From: a bacterium
GTDB lineage: Bacteria; Desulfobacterota; Binatia; Binatales; Binataceae
Direction: 5' to 3'
Assembly: GCA_014896235.1 (NCBI GenBank)
Contig: JADBKU010000001.1
Coordinates: 69,594-133,593, forward strand
DNA length: 64,000 nt
Shown here: positions 18,681 through 26,819 of the stretch, piece by piece
Layout of the letters: each line of letters opens with the position of its first letter
Position numbering within the stretch: position 1 is the first letter of the stretch
Program-made: the position numbers and the translations under genes
Notes under the pieces: model-generated
Told to the model about the DNA's origin: nothing
The model's database searches: none
The model's input: the letters and a program-made list of their open reading frames with translations, nothing else

Positions 18681-18953
18681 TTGGAGTTCGAGTGGGATAC
18701 AATAAAAGCCGAGGCGAATCGGCGGAAGCACGGGATTGAGTTCGTTGACGCCGTGATCGTTTTCGATGACGACCGCGCGGTTACTTTGATGGACGACCAT
18801 CAGGGCGAAGAGCGCTATGTGACCTTCGGTATGGACGCCGAAGGCCGAGTGCTGGCGGTTTGCTACGCGGTTCGCGGAACCGCCGTTCGCATCATCTCAG
18901 CGCGGAAGGCGACGGCGCGCGAGCGAGCGCAATACGGGGACCGGCGAATATGA
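18681..18953 (+). CDS. brnT: BrnT-family type II toxin (DUF497 ribonuclease)
   Basis: TTG start. Product (M)EFEWDTIKAEANRRKHGIEFVDAVIVFDDDRAVTL… matches the BrnT/DUF497 pattern (W…K…N..KHG..F.ea..vF.d). Its stop TGA overlaps the brnA ATG (ATGA). Confidence 0.85.
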   Translation: MEFEWDTIKAEANRRKHGIEFVDAVIVFDDDRAVTLMDDHQGEERYVTFGMDAEGRVLAVCYAVRGTAVRIISARKATARERAQYGDRRI

Positions 18954-19219
18954 AGAAGGAGTACGACCTTAGCAAAGGGAAGCGTGGCCCGGTGGTTCCG
19001 ATGCCGCCGGAAAAGGTGCGGATCACGATACGGCTGGACCGCACGATTGTGGATCATTTTCGAGATCAAGTGCGGAAAGCGCATCGGGGCAACTATCAGA
19101 CGCTGATCAATGACGCGCTCAGAGAGTACATCCGACGGCCTGGCCTCGCCGAGCAGGTCGGCGCGGAAGTGCGCTCGGTGCTGCGCGAGGAGCTGGAGAA
19201 AATCAAGGCGAACGCCTGA
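18950..19219 (+). CDS. brnA: BrnA antitoxin (CopG/RHH-like)
   Basis: MKKEYDLSKGKRGPVVPMPPEKVRITIRLDRTIVDHFRDQVRKAHRGNYQTLINDALREYI is the typical BrnA sequence. 4-bp overlap with brnT. Confidence 0.8.
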   Translation: MKKEYDLSKGKRGPVVPMPPEKVRITIRLDRTIVDHFRDQVRKAHRGNYQTLINDALREYIRRPGLAEQVGAEVRSVLREELEKIKANA

Positions 19220-19350
19220 ACCGCTCGGACGCACTGAGCCATTCGGGAGGAGTTTGCGCCCAATCGGAGAGTTCTCGATTCACACGAGCACCCTAGCGCG
19301 TTTGCCATACGCGCTACTGAAAAAACGCTAGGTAATCGAAATCGAAAATA

Positions 19351-19848
19351 CTATCGAGCGAGCTTTACACTTCCGCTACGACCGTCGTAGACAAGTAAAG
19401 CGTCCTTCAGTAGGGATCGCCCAATCAGCGCTCGATGGTACTGACCGCCAGCCTCGAGATGCACACCCGTGAATCGGCCGTATTGCACCGCTAATCCAGG
19501 AATTATGATATGCGCCAAGTATATATTTAAGGTTATGATTCCCCCGATGCCGGCCGAGTTTGTTTGATCAATCAACGGTAACTGGAGCTGCTGAGCGAGT
19601 TTTTCATCGATCGAGCTTTCGGTCGCGCCCGTATCCAATAACGCCAGCACTTGAACGGCAGGAATTGCTACTGGCGGGGCGCTTCCGCCCGGAACGGGTG
19701 GCAATGCCGTACCAAACATTGCCGGATCGAAGCCAATATCGACTAGAATAGTTGGTCCGAGCCAAATCAGAGCATCTTGGGCGCTCAGCGGGTTTGGCGA
19801 TCCTGGCCGAGACAGACCAGCGGGGAATCCGCACTCAAGGATTGCCAT
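19351..19848 (-). CDS. retropepsin-like clan AA aspartic protease (D-T-G-A subfamily)
   Basis: Catalytic LALLDTGATESSID, downstream hydrophobic-hydrophobic-Gly ALIGRSLL motif, and a roughly 110-aa core consistent with a half-pepsin monomer. No signal peptide. Lies in the low-GC islet. Confidence 0.7.
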   Translation of the reverse strand: MAILECGFPAGLSRPGSPNPLSAQDALIWLGPTILVDIGFDPAMFGTALPPVPGGSAPPVAIPAVQVLALLDTGATESSIDEKLAQQLQLPLIDQTNSAGIGGIITLNIYLAHIIIPGLAVQYGRFTGVHLEAGGQYHRALIGRSLLKDALLVYDGRSGSVKLAR

Positions 19849-20091
19849 CTACGCCGAAATCCCGAGTCGCGCTGCAAGGGATGCTGAAATCGGAGGTGTT
19901 GTGACCCCAACTTGGCGAATCAAATACGGCCCATGACCAAACCGTCGAACCGCTTCTGCCGCTGCCGAGTTAAAGGTGTCGAAGGCCCCAACGAACTCCG
20001 TACCGTGAAATATTACGAACTTTCCTCTGTAGTGACGCTCTAGCTCTTCCTTCATCGTCTCAAACGCTTTGATTTCAGTTTCGAGCGTCAT
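19849..20091 (-). CDS. small (about 80 aa) uncharacterised protein upstream of, and abutting, the aspartic protease gene
   Basis: Its stop TAG is immediately followed by the protease ATG. AGAGGTG SD 7 nt before ATG (complement 20091); the track lists the TTG alternative at 20097. No recognisable family (MTLETEIKAFETMKEELERHYRGKFVIFHGTEFVGAFDTFNSAAAEAVRRFGHGPYLIRQVG). Confidence 0.5.
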   Translation of the reverse strand: MTLETEIKAFETMKEELERHYRGKFVIFHGTEFVGAFDTFNSAAAEAVRRFGHGPYLIRQVGVTTPPISASLAARLGISA

Positions 20092-20213
20092 AGGCAAGCA
20101 CCTCTAAATTCCGGAGGGTTTTCTTATATTGTACCCCTTGTGTCAAGGGCGCCGCGATTATTTCCCACCGAGAACTGCAGCACTCATGCATATCTAAATA
20201 TCCAGGATTTTTT

Positions 20214-20256
20214 GCCCGTGCCGCGCTCCGACGCAAGCGAGGCGCGGGCCTTTTTT
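20214..20256 (+). terminator. GC-rich 13-bp hairpin flanked by T-runs on both sides (intrinsic-terminator-like/insulator)
   Basis: TTTTTT(20208-13) GCCCGTGCCGCGC … loop … GCGAGGCGCGGGC TTTTTT(20251-56). One mismatch and one wobble. Sits at the islet boundary upstream of the NMO gene. Confidence 0.35.
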
Positions 20257-20592
20257 AACGGCTTCTTAGGCGGGGAGGGTTTTGACCTTGCCGCTGGCGA
20301 GTTCTTCCGCGCGGCGTTGCGCCTCAACAATCCACGATTCCTTAACCACTGCCCGATCGATATTTTCGAGCTTTCGGGCGGGAACTTCCGCGCCCGGATT
20401 TCGCGTCAACTCTTCGCCTTCATGTTCCCGTCGCTCCCCGCAATTTCGAAGGGCGCCGCCAATGTCGGGCGACGTGCTTAACAGATTATAACGGCAAGTC
20501 GGAGCGGCGAAGCGGTTGATTCTCAAAGAAAACCGGATCGCGCTATAGTCCGGCGCGGGAGCGGACGCCGAAAGCGTCCGCCCTCCAGGGAG

Positions 20593-21723
20593 TTGTCGTC
20601 CGCGATGAGCGAAAAGGTGTTGCATACCGCGATTTGCGATCTGTTCGGAATCAAATACCCGATCTTGCTGGCCGGGATGGGCGGCGCGTCCACTCCGGCG
20701 CTGGCCGCCGCCGTGTCGAACGCCGGCGGTCTCGGCGTGCTCGGCGCCGCCGCCTGCGCGCCCGACGAGCTGCGCCAATGGATCCGGCGCACGCGCGAAC
20801 TGACCGACAAGCCGTTCGGGGTCGATACGCTGCTGCCGTCGACCGTGCCGTCGGGCGGGAGCGTGCAGAAGTTCAAGGCCGAACTGCCGCAAGCGCATAT
20901 CGATTTCGCGCGCGAGTTCAAGCGCCGCCACAATCTGCCGGATCCCGATCCGGCGAAGATGCACGGGCGCGGGCTCGCCTTTTCGCGCGAATTCTTCAAT
21001 CAGCAAATCGAGGTCGTGCTCGAGGAGCGCGTGCCGGTCTATGTCGCCGGCCTGGGCGATCCGGGCTTCATGATTCCCGAGGCGCATAAGCGCGGGATAA
21101 AGGTGATGGCGGTCGCGGGCGCGGTGAAGCACGCGCGGCGCTTCGTCGATTCGGGCGTGGACGTGATCGTCGCGCAGGGCACCGACGGCGGCGGCCATAA
21201 CAGCCGCGTCGGCACGATGGTGCTGGTGCCGCAGGTGGTCGATGCGGTGCGGCCGCTTCCGGTGCTGGCGGCGGGAGGAATCGCCGACGGCCGCGGGCTG
21301 GTTGCGGCGCTGGCGCTGGGCGCGGCGGGGGTATGGATCGGCACGCCGTTTCTGGCGACGCCGGAAGCGGGAATCGAGGATTTCCAGAAAGAGGCGATCG
21401 TCGAGGCGAGTTCGGAAGATACCGTCGTTGCGCGCTGCCTGACCGGCAAGCCGGCGCGCTTTATCAAGAACAAGTGGGCGGAGGAGTTCGAGGCGTCGGG
21501 ATTGAAGCCGCTGCCGATGCCGTTTCAGGGGCTGATCGCGATGCCGGTGATGGAGGCGGCGCGGCAAGCTGGGCGCAAGGATATAGTGCCGGGCTTCGCG
21601 GGGCAGTCGATCGGGATGATCCGCAAGATCCGGCCGGCGAGAGAAATTCTCGAGCAGATGGTGGCGGAGGCGGTCGAGATACTGTCGAAGAGCATGCCCG
21701 CGACGGTGCGTTTCGCCGGCTGA
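20593..21723 (+). CDS. nitronate monooxygenase (NMO/2-nitropropane dioxygenase family, FMN-dependent)
   Basis: IKYPILLAGMGGAS… and …VIVAQGTDGGGH… motifs of the NMO/FabK TIM-barrel family. Confidence 0.85.
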   Translation: MSSAMSEKVLHTAICDLFGIKYPILLAGMGGASTPALAAAVSNAGGLGVLGAAACAPDELRQWIRRTRELTDKPFGVDTLLPSTVPSGGSVQKFKAELPQAHIDFAREFKRRHNLPDPDPAKMHGRGLAFSREFFNQQIEVVLEERVPVYVAGLGDPGFMIPEAHKRGIKVMAVAGAVKHARRFVDSGVDVIVAQGTDGGGHNSRVGTMVLVPQVVDAVRPLPVLAAGGIADGRGLVAALALGAAGVWIGTPFLATPEAGIEDFQKEAIVEASSEDTVVARCLTGKPARFIKNKWAEEFEASGLKPLPMPFQGLIAMPVMEAARQAGRKDIVPGFAGQSIGMIRKIRPAREILEQMVAEAVEILSKSMPATVRFAG

Positions 21724-21750
21724 ACCGTTCATTTGCGAGGAGGCGCGAGG

Positions 21751-22959
21751 ATGGCCAAGGCAGCGCTGGACGATTTGAAGGTCGTCGAATACGCCGAGAT
21801 GGTCTCGGGGCCGATGTGCGGCAAGATGTTCGCCGACCTTGGCGCCGAGGTGGTCAAGCTTGAGCCGCCGGGATGCGGCGACGAAGCGCGGCGCCATCCG
21901 CCGTACCCCGGCGACGAACCGCATCCGGAGAAAAGCGCCTTCTTCGGCTATTTGAACACGGGCAAGAAGAGCGTCACGCTGAATCCGGCGACGGCGAGCG
22001 GCGCGGAGATTTTCCGCAAACTGATCGCGGACGCCGACGTGTTGATCGAAAACTATCCGGTTGGCCATCTGGCGCGGCTCGGACTGGGCTACGAGGCGTT
22101 GAGCGCGATCAATCCGCGGCTGGTGATGGCCTCGGTTTCGCCGTTCGGGCAGACCGGGCCGTATCGCGATTGGAAGGGCACGGACCTGATCGAGTGGGCG
22201 ATGAGCCTGACCGGCTATAACACGCCCACGCTGGTCGATGACGGCGAGCGCGAGAATCCGCTGCGCGCGCCGGGCCATCCGGCGGAAATGATGGGAGCGG
22301 CGAACGCGGCGGCGGCGGCGATGGTCGCGTTGGCGGCGCGCGACGCGACCGGGCGCGGCCAGTGGATCGACGCGCCGTGCTGGCAGGCGACGGCGAACAC
22401 GGCGAAGCTAGAGATGGCGGCGTACTCATACGTGGGGATTCCGTTCAGCCGCTTGCGTGCGAACGTGCAGGTGGGATTGGAGCCGCTGCCGTGCCGCGAC
22501 GGCTATATCTATACGCTGTGGGCGGCCGAGGCGCATTGGCGGGCGCTCAAGCAGTTGTTGGGAAATCCGCCCGAGCTGGAGAACGAGATTTTCGACGACC
22601 TTGCCGGCCGGCACGAGAACGACGATATCCTGCGCACGCTGATTCGCGCGGAACTGGCCAAGCACGACATGGATTACCTGGTGACGGAGGGGCAGCGGCT
22701 GGGCCTGACGATCGGCCCGGTGCATACGGTGGAGCAGGCCGCCAACCATCCGCATCTTGCGGCGCGCGGGGCGTTCGTCGAGATCGCGCATCCGATCGCC
22801 GGGCCGATACGGATGCCGCGGGCGCTGGTGCGGATGACGGCGACGCCGCCGCAATCGCGCCGGGCGCCGATGCTGGGGGAGCATAACGGCGAAATTTTCG
22901 GGCGGCTTGGAATCGACGCCGAGGCGCAGGCGGGATTGCGCGCGGCGGGCGTGATATAG
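21751..22959 (+). CDS. family III CoA-transferase (CaiB/BaiF/Frc type)
   Basis: Start at MAKAAL (ATG 21751, GAGGAGG SD). LDDLKVVEYAEMVSGPMCGKMFADLGAEVVKLEPP is the hallmark N-terminus. Confidence 0.85.
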   Translation: MAKAALDDLKVVEYAEMVSGPMCGKMFADLGAEVVKLEPPGCGDEARRHPPYPGDEPHPEKSAFFGYLNTGKKSVTLNPATASGAEIFRKLIADADVLIENYPVGHLARLGLGYEALSAINPRLVMASVSPFGQTGPYRDWKGTDLIEWAMSLTGYNTPTLVDDGERENPLRAPGHPAEMMGAANAAAAAMVALAARDATGRGQWIDAPCWQATANTAKLEMAAYSYVGIPFSRLRANVQVGLEPLPCRDGYIYTLWAAEAHWRALKQLLGNPPELENEIFDDLAGRHENDDILRTLIRAELAKHDMDYLVTEGQRLGLTIGPVHTVEQAANHPHLAARGAFVEIAHPIAGPIRMPRALVRMTATPPQSRRAPMLGEHNGEIFGRLGIDAEAQAGLRAAGVI

Positions 22960-22988
22960 GCCGCGCGGGAACGGAGGGGACGTTCAAG

Positions 22989-24209
22989 ATGGGACGGCTG
23001 CCGCTGGCAGGACTGAGAGTCGCGGACTTCAGTTGGATTATCAACGGGCCGCAAATCGCGCAGTGGTTCGCGACGATGGGCGCCGAGGTAATCAAGATCG
23101 AGTCGCAGACCTATATCGATATCGGGCGGACGAATCCGGCGGGGATGGCGGATCGGAAGCCGGGGTTGAACCGGAGCGGTTTTTATCACGCGCTGAATTA
23201 CGGCAAGAAAGCGATCAATCTCAACCTGAAGCATCCGAAGGGACGCGAGCTGGCGCACGAAATAATCCGGCGCAGCGATTTCGTGCTCGAATGTTTTCCG
23301 CGCGCGACGGCGGAAGGCTTGGGCCTCACTTACGACGAGATGCGCAAAGTGAAGCCGGACATAATCATGATTTCGGTTTCGCTGCTGGGAAAAGAGGGGC
23401 TGGAACCGTCGCGATGGGTGGGATGGGGACCGATGGCGTGCGCGTTCGTCGGGCTGTTCGACGCGCAGGGCTACGCGGGCGGGCCGCCGCGCCAGACCGG
23501 CGGCACTTGGCCGGACTACGCGGTCGCTTCGACGGTGGTGTTTCATGCGCTCGCCGCGCTCAGGCATCGCAACCGCACCGGCGAGGGGCAGTGGATCGAC
23601 GCGAGCATGGGCGAGACGGTGATCGGGCAGATGCATGAATGGTTCACCGACTACTTCATGAACGGGCGCGATCGGCGGCAGTGGGAGAATCGCGACGACG
23701 TGATGGCTCCGCACAACACTTATCCATGTCGCGGGGAGGACAAGTGGATCGCGATCGCGGTCGGTAACGACGAACAATGGGCGGCGCTGCGCAGCGTCAT
23801 GGGCGATCCGGAGTGGGCGCGCGACGCGAAGTTCGCCGATCAATACGGCCGCTGGAAGAACCGCGACGCGATCGACGCGCGGATGCGCGAGTTCACGCGC
23901 ATGCGCGACCATCTGCAACTTGCGGCGGAGCTGCAAAAGGCGGGGGTCCCGGCCGGCCCGGTGCTCGACAGCGTCGAGCTGCATCAGGACCCCCATCTGT
24001 GGGAATGGGGCTACTGGTGGAAGATGGACCATCACGAAGTCGGCGAGCGGATTTTGCCGGGGATGCCGGTGAAACTGAGCGGCGTGGAGAAATTCAACTA
24101 TTCGTATCCGCCGGACCTGGGACAGCATAACCGCGAAATTTTCGGCGGACTGCTGGGGCTGTCGGACGCGGAGATAAAAATCCTGATGGAGGAAAAGGTC
24201 ATCTACTGA
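22989..24209 (+). CDS. family III CoA-transferase (CaiB/BaiF type), second paralog
   Basis: LAGLRVADFSWIINGPQIAQWFATMGAEVIKIE…. Its stop overlaps the start of the thiolase-like gene. Confidence 0.85.
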   Translation: MGRLPLAGLRVADFSWIINGPQIAQWFATMGAEVIKIESQTYIDIGRTNPAGMADRKPGLNRSGFYHALNYGKKAINLNLKHPKGRELAHEIIRRSDFVLECFPRATAEGLGLTYDEMRKVKPDIIMISVSLLGKEGLEPSRWVGWGPMACAFVGLFDAQGYAGGPPRQTGGTWPDYAVASTVVFHALAALRHRNRTGEGQWIDASMGETVIGQMHEWFTDYFMNGRDRRQWENRDDVMAPHNTYPCRGEDKWIAIAVGNDEQWAALRSVMGDPEWARDAKFADQYGRWKNRDAIDARMREFTRMRDHLQLAAELQKAGVPAGPVLDSVELHQDPHLWEWGYWWKMDHHEVGERILPGMPVKLSGVEKFNYSYPPDLGQHNREIFGGLLGLSDAEIKILMEEKVIY

Positions 24210-25393
24210 TGGACACGCTCAAGGACAAGGCTTGCATCGTGGGCGTGGGCGAAAGCGCCTTCACACGCGGATCGGGCAAGACCGAACTGAGGCTGATGCT
24301 GGAGGCGTCGCTCGCGGCGATCGGCGACGCGGGATTAAAGCCGCACGATATTGACGGCATCGTCGGACCGCCGATCGGATCGGTTGCGGAGCATTTCGCG
24401 GCGAATCTCGGCATCGAGGATTTGCGCTTCGCAACGACGGTGCACATGGGCGGCGCGAGTCCGGTGGTGTCGCTGCAGGCGGCGGCGATGGCGATCGCGG
24501 GCGGAGTCGCGACGAACGTCCTGATTCCGCTGGGCTGGAACGGCTATTCGTCGAATCCGGTGCGGGGCGGCGGCGCGCGCGCCGAGACCGGCGAAAAGCC
24601 GATGCCCGAACCGAACCCGATGATGAACACGATCGGCGCGTTCTATTTGCCGTACGGCGCGACCGTGCCGGTGCAGTGGTACGCGTGGCTGGCGACCCGG
24701 CATAAGCATCTGTACGGCACGCCATTCGAGACGATGGGCGCGATCGCGGTGAACGGCCGCGCCAACGCGCATCTGAACGAAAAGGCGATGATGCGCGGCC
24801 GGCCGCTGACGATGGACGACTATCTGGCGGCGCGCTGGGTGTCGTATCCATTCCGGCTCTACGATTGTTGCCTCGAAACCGACGCGGCCGGCGCGGTGGT
24901 GGTGACGTCGGCGGAGCGGGCGCGCGACTTGAAGCATCCGCCGGTCTATATTTCCGGCGTCGCCGAGGGCCATCCGTATCCCGCCGACGACATCCCGGCG
25001 CGTCCCGATCCGTTCGTGATCGGGCTGAGCTTCGCGGCGCCCAAGGCGTTTGCGATGGCGGGCGTGACGCACAAGGACATCGATTTTTTAGAGGTGTACG
25101 ACTGCTTCACTTACGTCGTGATGCTGCAGATCGAGGCGATGGGTTTCTGCAAACGCGGCGAAATCAAGGATTTCATCACGCCGGAGCGCATCCGTCTGGG
25201 CGGCGAGCTTCCGCTCAATACGCACGGCGGCCTGCTGTCCGAGGCGCACGTCTGGGGCATCAATCACATCATTGAGGCGGCGCGGCAGTTGCGTCATCAG
25301 TGCGGTCCGCGCCAGGTCAAGGACGCGGAAATCGGGCTGGTGACGGGATGGGGCGATTTCGGCGACGGCGGATTGGCGATTCTCAGGAGATAG
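24209..25393 (+). CDS. thiolase-like protein (SCP-x/nonspecific lipid-transfer-type, DUF35-partnered)
   Basis: MDTLKDKACIVGVGESAFTRGSGKTELRLMLEA… thiolase fold without the classical biosynthetic thiolase signature. Followed by a DUF35 gene. Confidence 0.8.
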   Translation: MDTLKDKACIVGVGESAFTRGSGKTELRLMLEASLAAIGDAGLKPHDIDGIVGPPIGSVAEHFAANLGIEDLRFATTVHMGGASPVVSLQAAAMAIAGGVATNVLIPLGWNGYSSNPVRGGGARAETGEKPMPEPNPMMNTIGAFYLPYGATVPVQWYAWLATRHKHLYGTPFETMGAIAVNGRANAHLNEKAMMRGRPLTMDDYLAARWVSYPFRLYDCCLETDAAGAVVVTSAERARDLKHPPVYISGVAEGHPYPADDIPARPDPFVIGLSFAAPKAFAMAGVTHKDIDFLEVYDCFTYVVMLQIEAMGFCKRGEIKDFITPERIRLGGELPLNTHGGLLSEAHVWGINHIIEAARQLRHQCGPRQVKDAEIGLVTGWGDFGDGGLAILRR

Positions 25394-25399
25394 GGCGCG

Positions 25400-25816
25400 A
25401 TGGCCGACAAAATGTACAAATTGCCGACGCCGCGAGTCGGCGGATATTCGGCGGAGTTCTACAAATATTGCAGGGATCACGAACTGCGCTTTCAGCGTTG
25501 CACCGGATGCGGCGCGTGGCGCCACATTCCGCGCGACATGTGCGCGAAATGCGGATCGTTCGAGTTTGAATGGGCGCGCTCGAAGGGCCGCGGCAAAGTG
25601 TTTTCGTGGACGACCGCGCGTCAGCCGATGATGGCGCAATTCGCCGCGCACATTCCGTACAGTCCGGTGATCGTCGAGCTCGACGAAGGCGTCAGGATGG
25701 TGACGTGGCTGACCGACGTAAAGCCGGAAGAGCTCGAGCTAGGCATGCCGGTCGAGGTGGTTTTCGACGACGTGACGCCCGAGGTGTCCCTGCCGAAATT
25801 CCGGCGCGTGGCGTGA
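25400..25816 (+). CDS. DUF35 Zn-ribbon/OB-fold protein (partner of SCP-x-type thiolases)
   Basis: CTGCGAWRHIPRDMCAKCGS zinc ribbon followed by an OB-fold; 138 aa. Confidence 0.8.
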   Translation: MADKMYKLPTPRVGGYSAEFYKYCRDHELRFQRCTGCGAWRHIPRDMCAKCGSFEFEWARSKGRGKVFSWTTARQPMMAQFAAHIPYSPVIVELDEGVRMVTWLTDVKPEELELGMPVEVVFDDVTPEVSLPKFRRVA

Positions 25817-25819
25817 GGA

Positions 25820-26680
25820 TCAATGTGGAATCCAGAGCGGGGCCGCGCCGAACAGGCGATCGACGATGCCGATCTGGTAAGCCAGAACCAGGCCGAAGCC
25901 GAAACTGAGCAGGCCGGAGCCGGTGATTAGCGCCTCGTGCAAGCGCGTGAAGCGCCGCGCGGCGAAGACGAACGGCGTCGCAATCGCGATCGTGAGCAGC
26001 GCCATCCCTACGATTACGCCGACGCAGAATACCGCCAGATACGCCGCCGCCCATAGCGGCTGAGGAATGGCGCTCAGGACCAGCAGCGCGAGCGCCGCGC
26101 TGCCCGCCAGGCCGTGGACGAGACCTACCGCGAATGAGCGCATGAGCGGGCGGGTGGCGGCGAAACTTGTGAAGAACCCGGATTGCGCGGGTTCGCCGGC
26201 AAGACTGAGGTGTTCGTGTTCAGCCTCGGCGTGGCCCGCGCTGTGCACATGAGGGTGGCTATGTACAAAAAAGCCGCCCGATTCATCGCGCGAATGCATG
26301 TGCCGATGCGAGTGAACGTGCGCGTGCGCTTCGATTTTTTCAGCGCCGCCGAAGAATTTACGCGCCAACGAGCGCATCAGATTCGCCGCCGCAGTCGCTC
26401 CCAGCGCGATTAAGGCGAGTGCGACGGCGAACTCCATCGCAAGTCCAAGCCGCACGGGAACGGCGAGTTTGAAAATAATAATCGCCGCCCCAACCACCAT
26501 CACGGTCAGCGTGTGGCCGAGGCCCCAGACCGCGCCGATTCGGGCCGCCGCGCCAAGCCTGCGCTCGCGGCTCAGGATCGCGGTCACCGCGACGACGTGG
26601 TCGGCGTCGGTCGCGTGGCGCATTCCAAGGAGCAATCCCAGAGCGGCTATTCCAACAGGTTCAGCGGAAAAAAGACTCAT
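25820..26680 (-). CDS. NicO/RcnA-like nickel/cobalt efflux permease
   Basis: HATDADH motif in TM1, six hydrophobic helices, and a His-rich cytoplasmic loop (HAHVHSHRHMHS…HSHPHVHSAGHAEAEHEH). Start set at MSLFSAEP; the track start is 26725. Confidence 0.65.
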   Translation of the reverse strand: MSLFSAEPVGIAALGLLLGMRHATDADHVVAVTAILSRERRLGAAARIGAVWGLGHTLTVMVVGAAIIIFKLAVPVRLGLAMEFAVALALIALGATAAANLMRSLARKFFGGAEKIEAHAHVHSHRHMHSRDESGGFFVHSHPHVHSAGHAEAEHEHLSLAGEPAQSGFFTSFAATRPLMRSFAVGLVHGLAGSAALALLVLSAIPQPLWAAAYLAVFCVGVIVGMALLTIAIATPFVFAARRFTRLHEALITGSGLLSFGFGLVLAYQIGIVDRLFGAAPLWIPH

Positions 26681-26819
26681 CGGCGTACAAAATCCATTTC
26701 CGCCAATCAGTACGGGATTCCGCATCGGGAGTAAATCGTCCCGGTGCGCAGCGAGGGCGGCGCGCGAATCCTGCCTGAGGATTCGCGCGCCGCTTCAGTC
26801 TAAACTCGGGTTTCTTCGC

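Noticed and set aside
20269-20409. C-terminal 47 codons of that same frame (LTRNPGAEVPARKLENIDRAVVKESWIVEAQRRAEELASGKVKTLPA) look like an antitoxin C-terminus (W..EA.RRAEEL.SGK); a TATAAT box sits upstream at 20485-20490 on the minus strand
   Set aside because: The only in-frame start is a TTG with no spacer after a weak purine tract. The nearby ATG (20421-20423) is in another frame and terminates after 5 codons. There is no N-terminal DNA-binding domain. It is at best a decayed remnant, noted only because of the TA/islet context.
20266-22278. 670-aa minus-strand ORF spanning the NMO and CoA-transferase genes
   Set aside because: Arg/Ala/Pro/Gly-rich, with no domain pattern, and fully antisense to two well-supported plus-strand genes. 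This is a typical high-GC antisense open frame.
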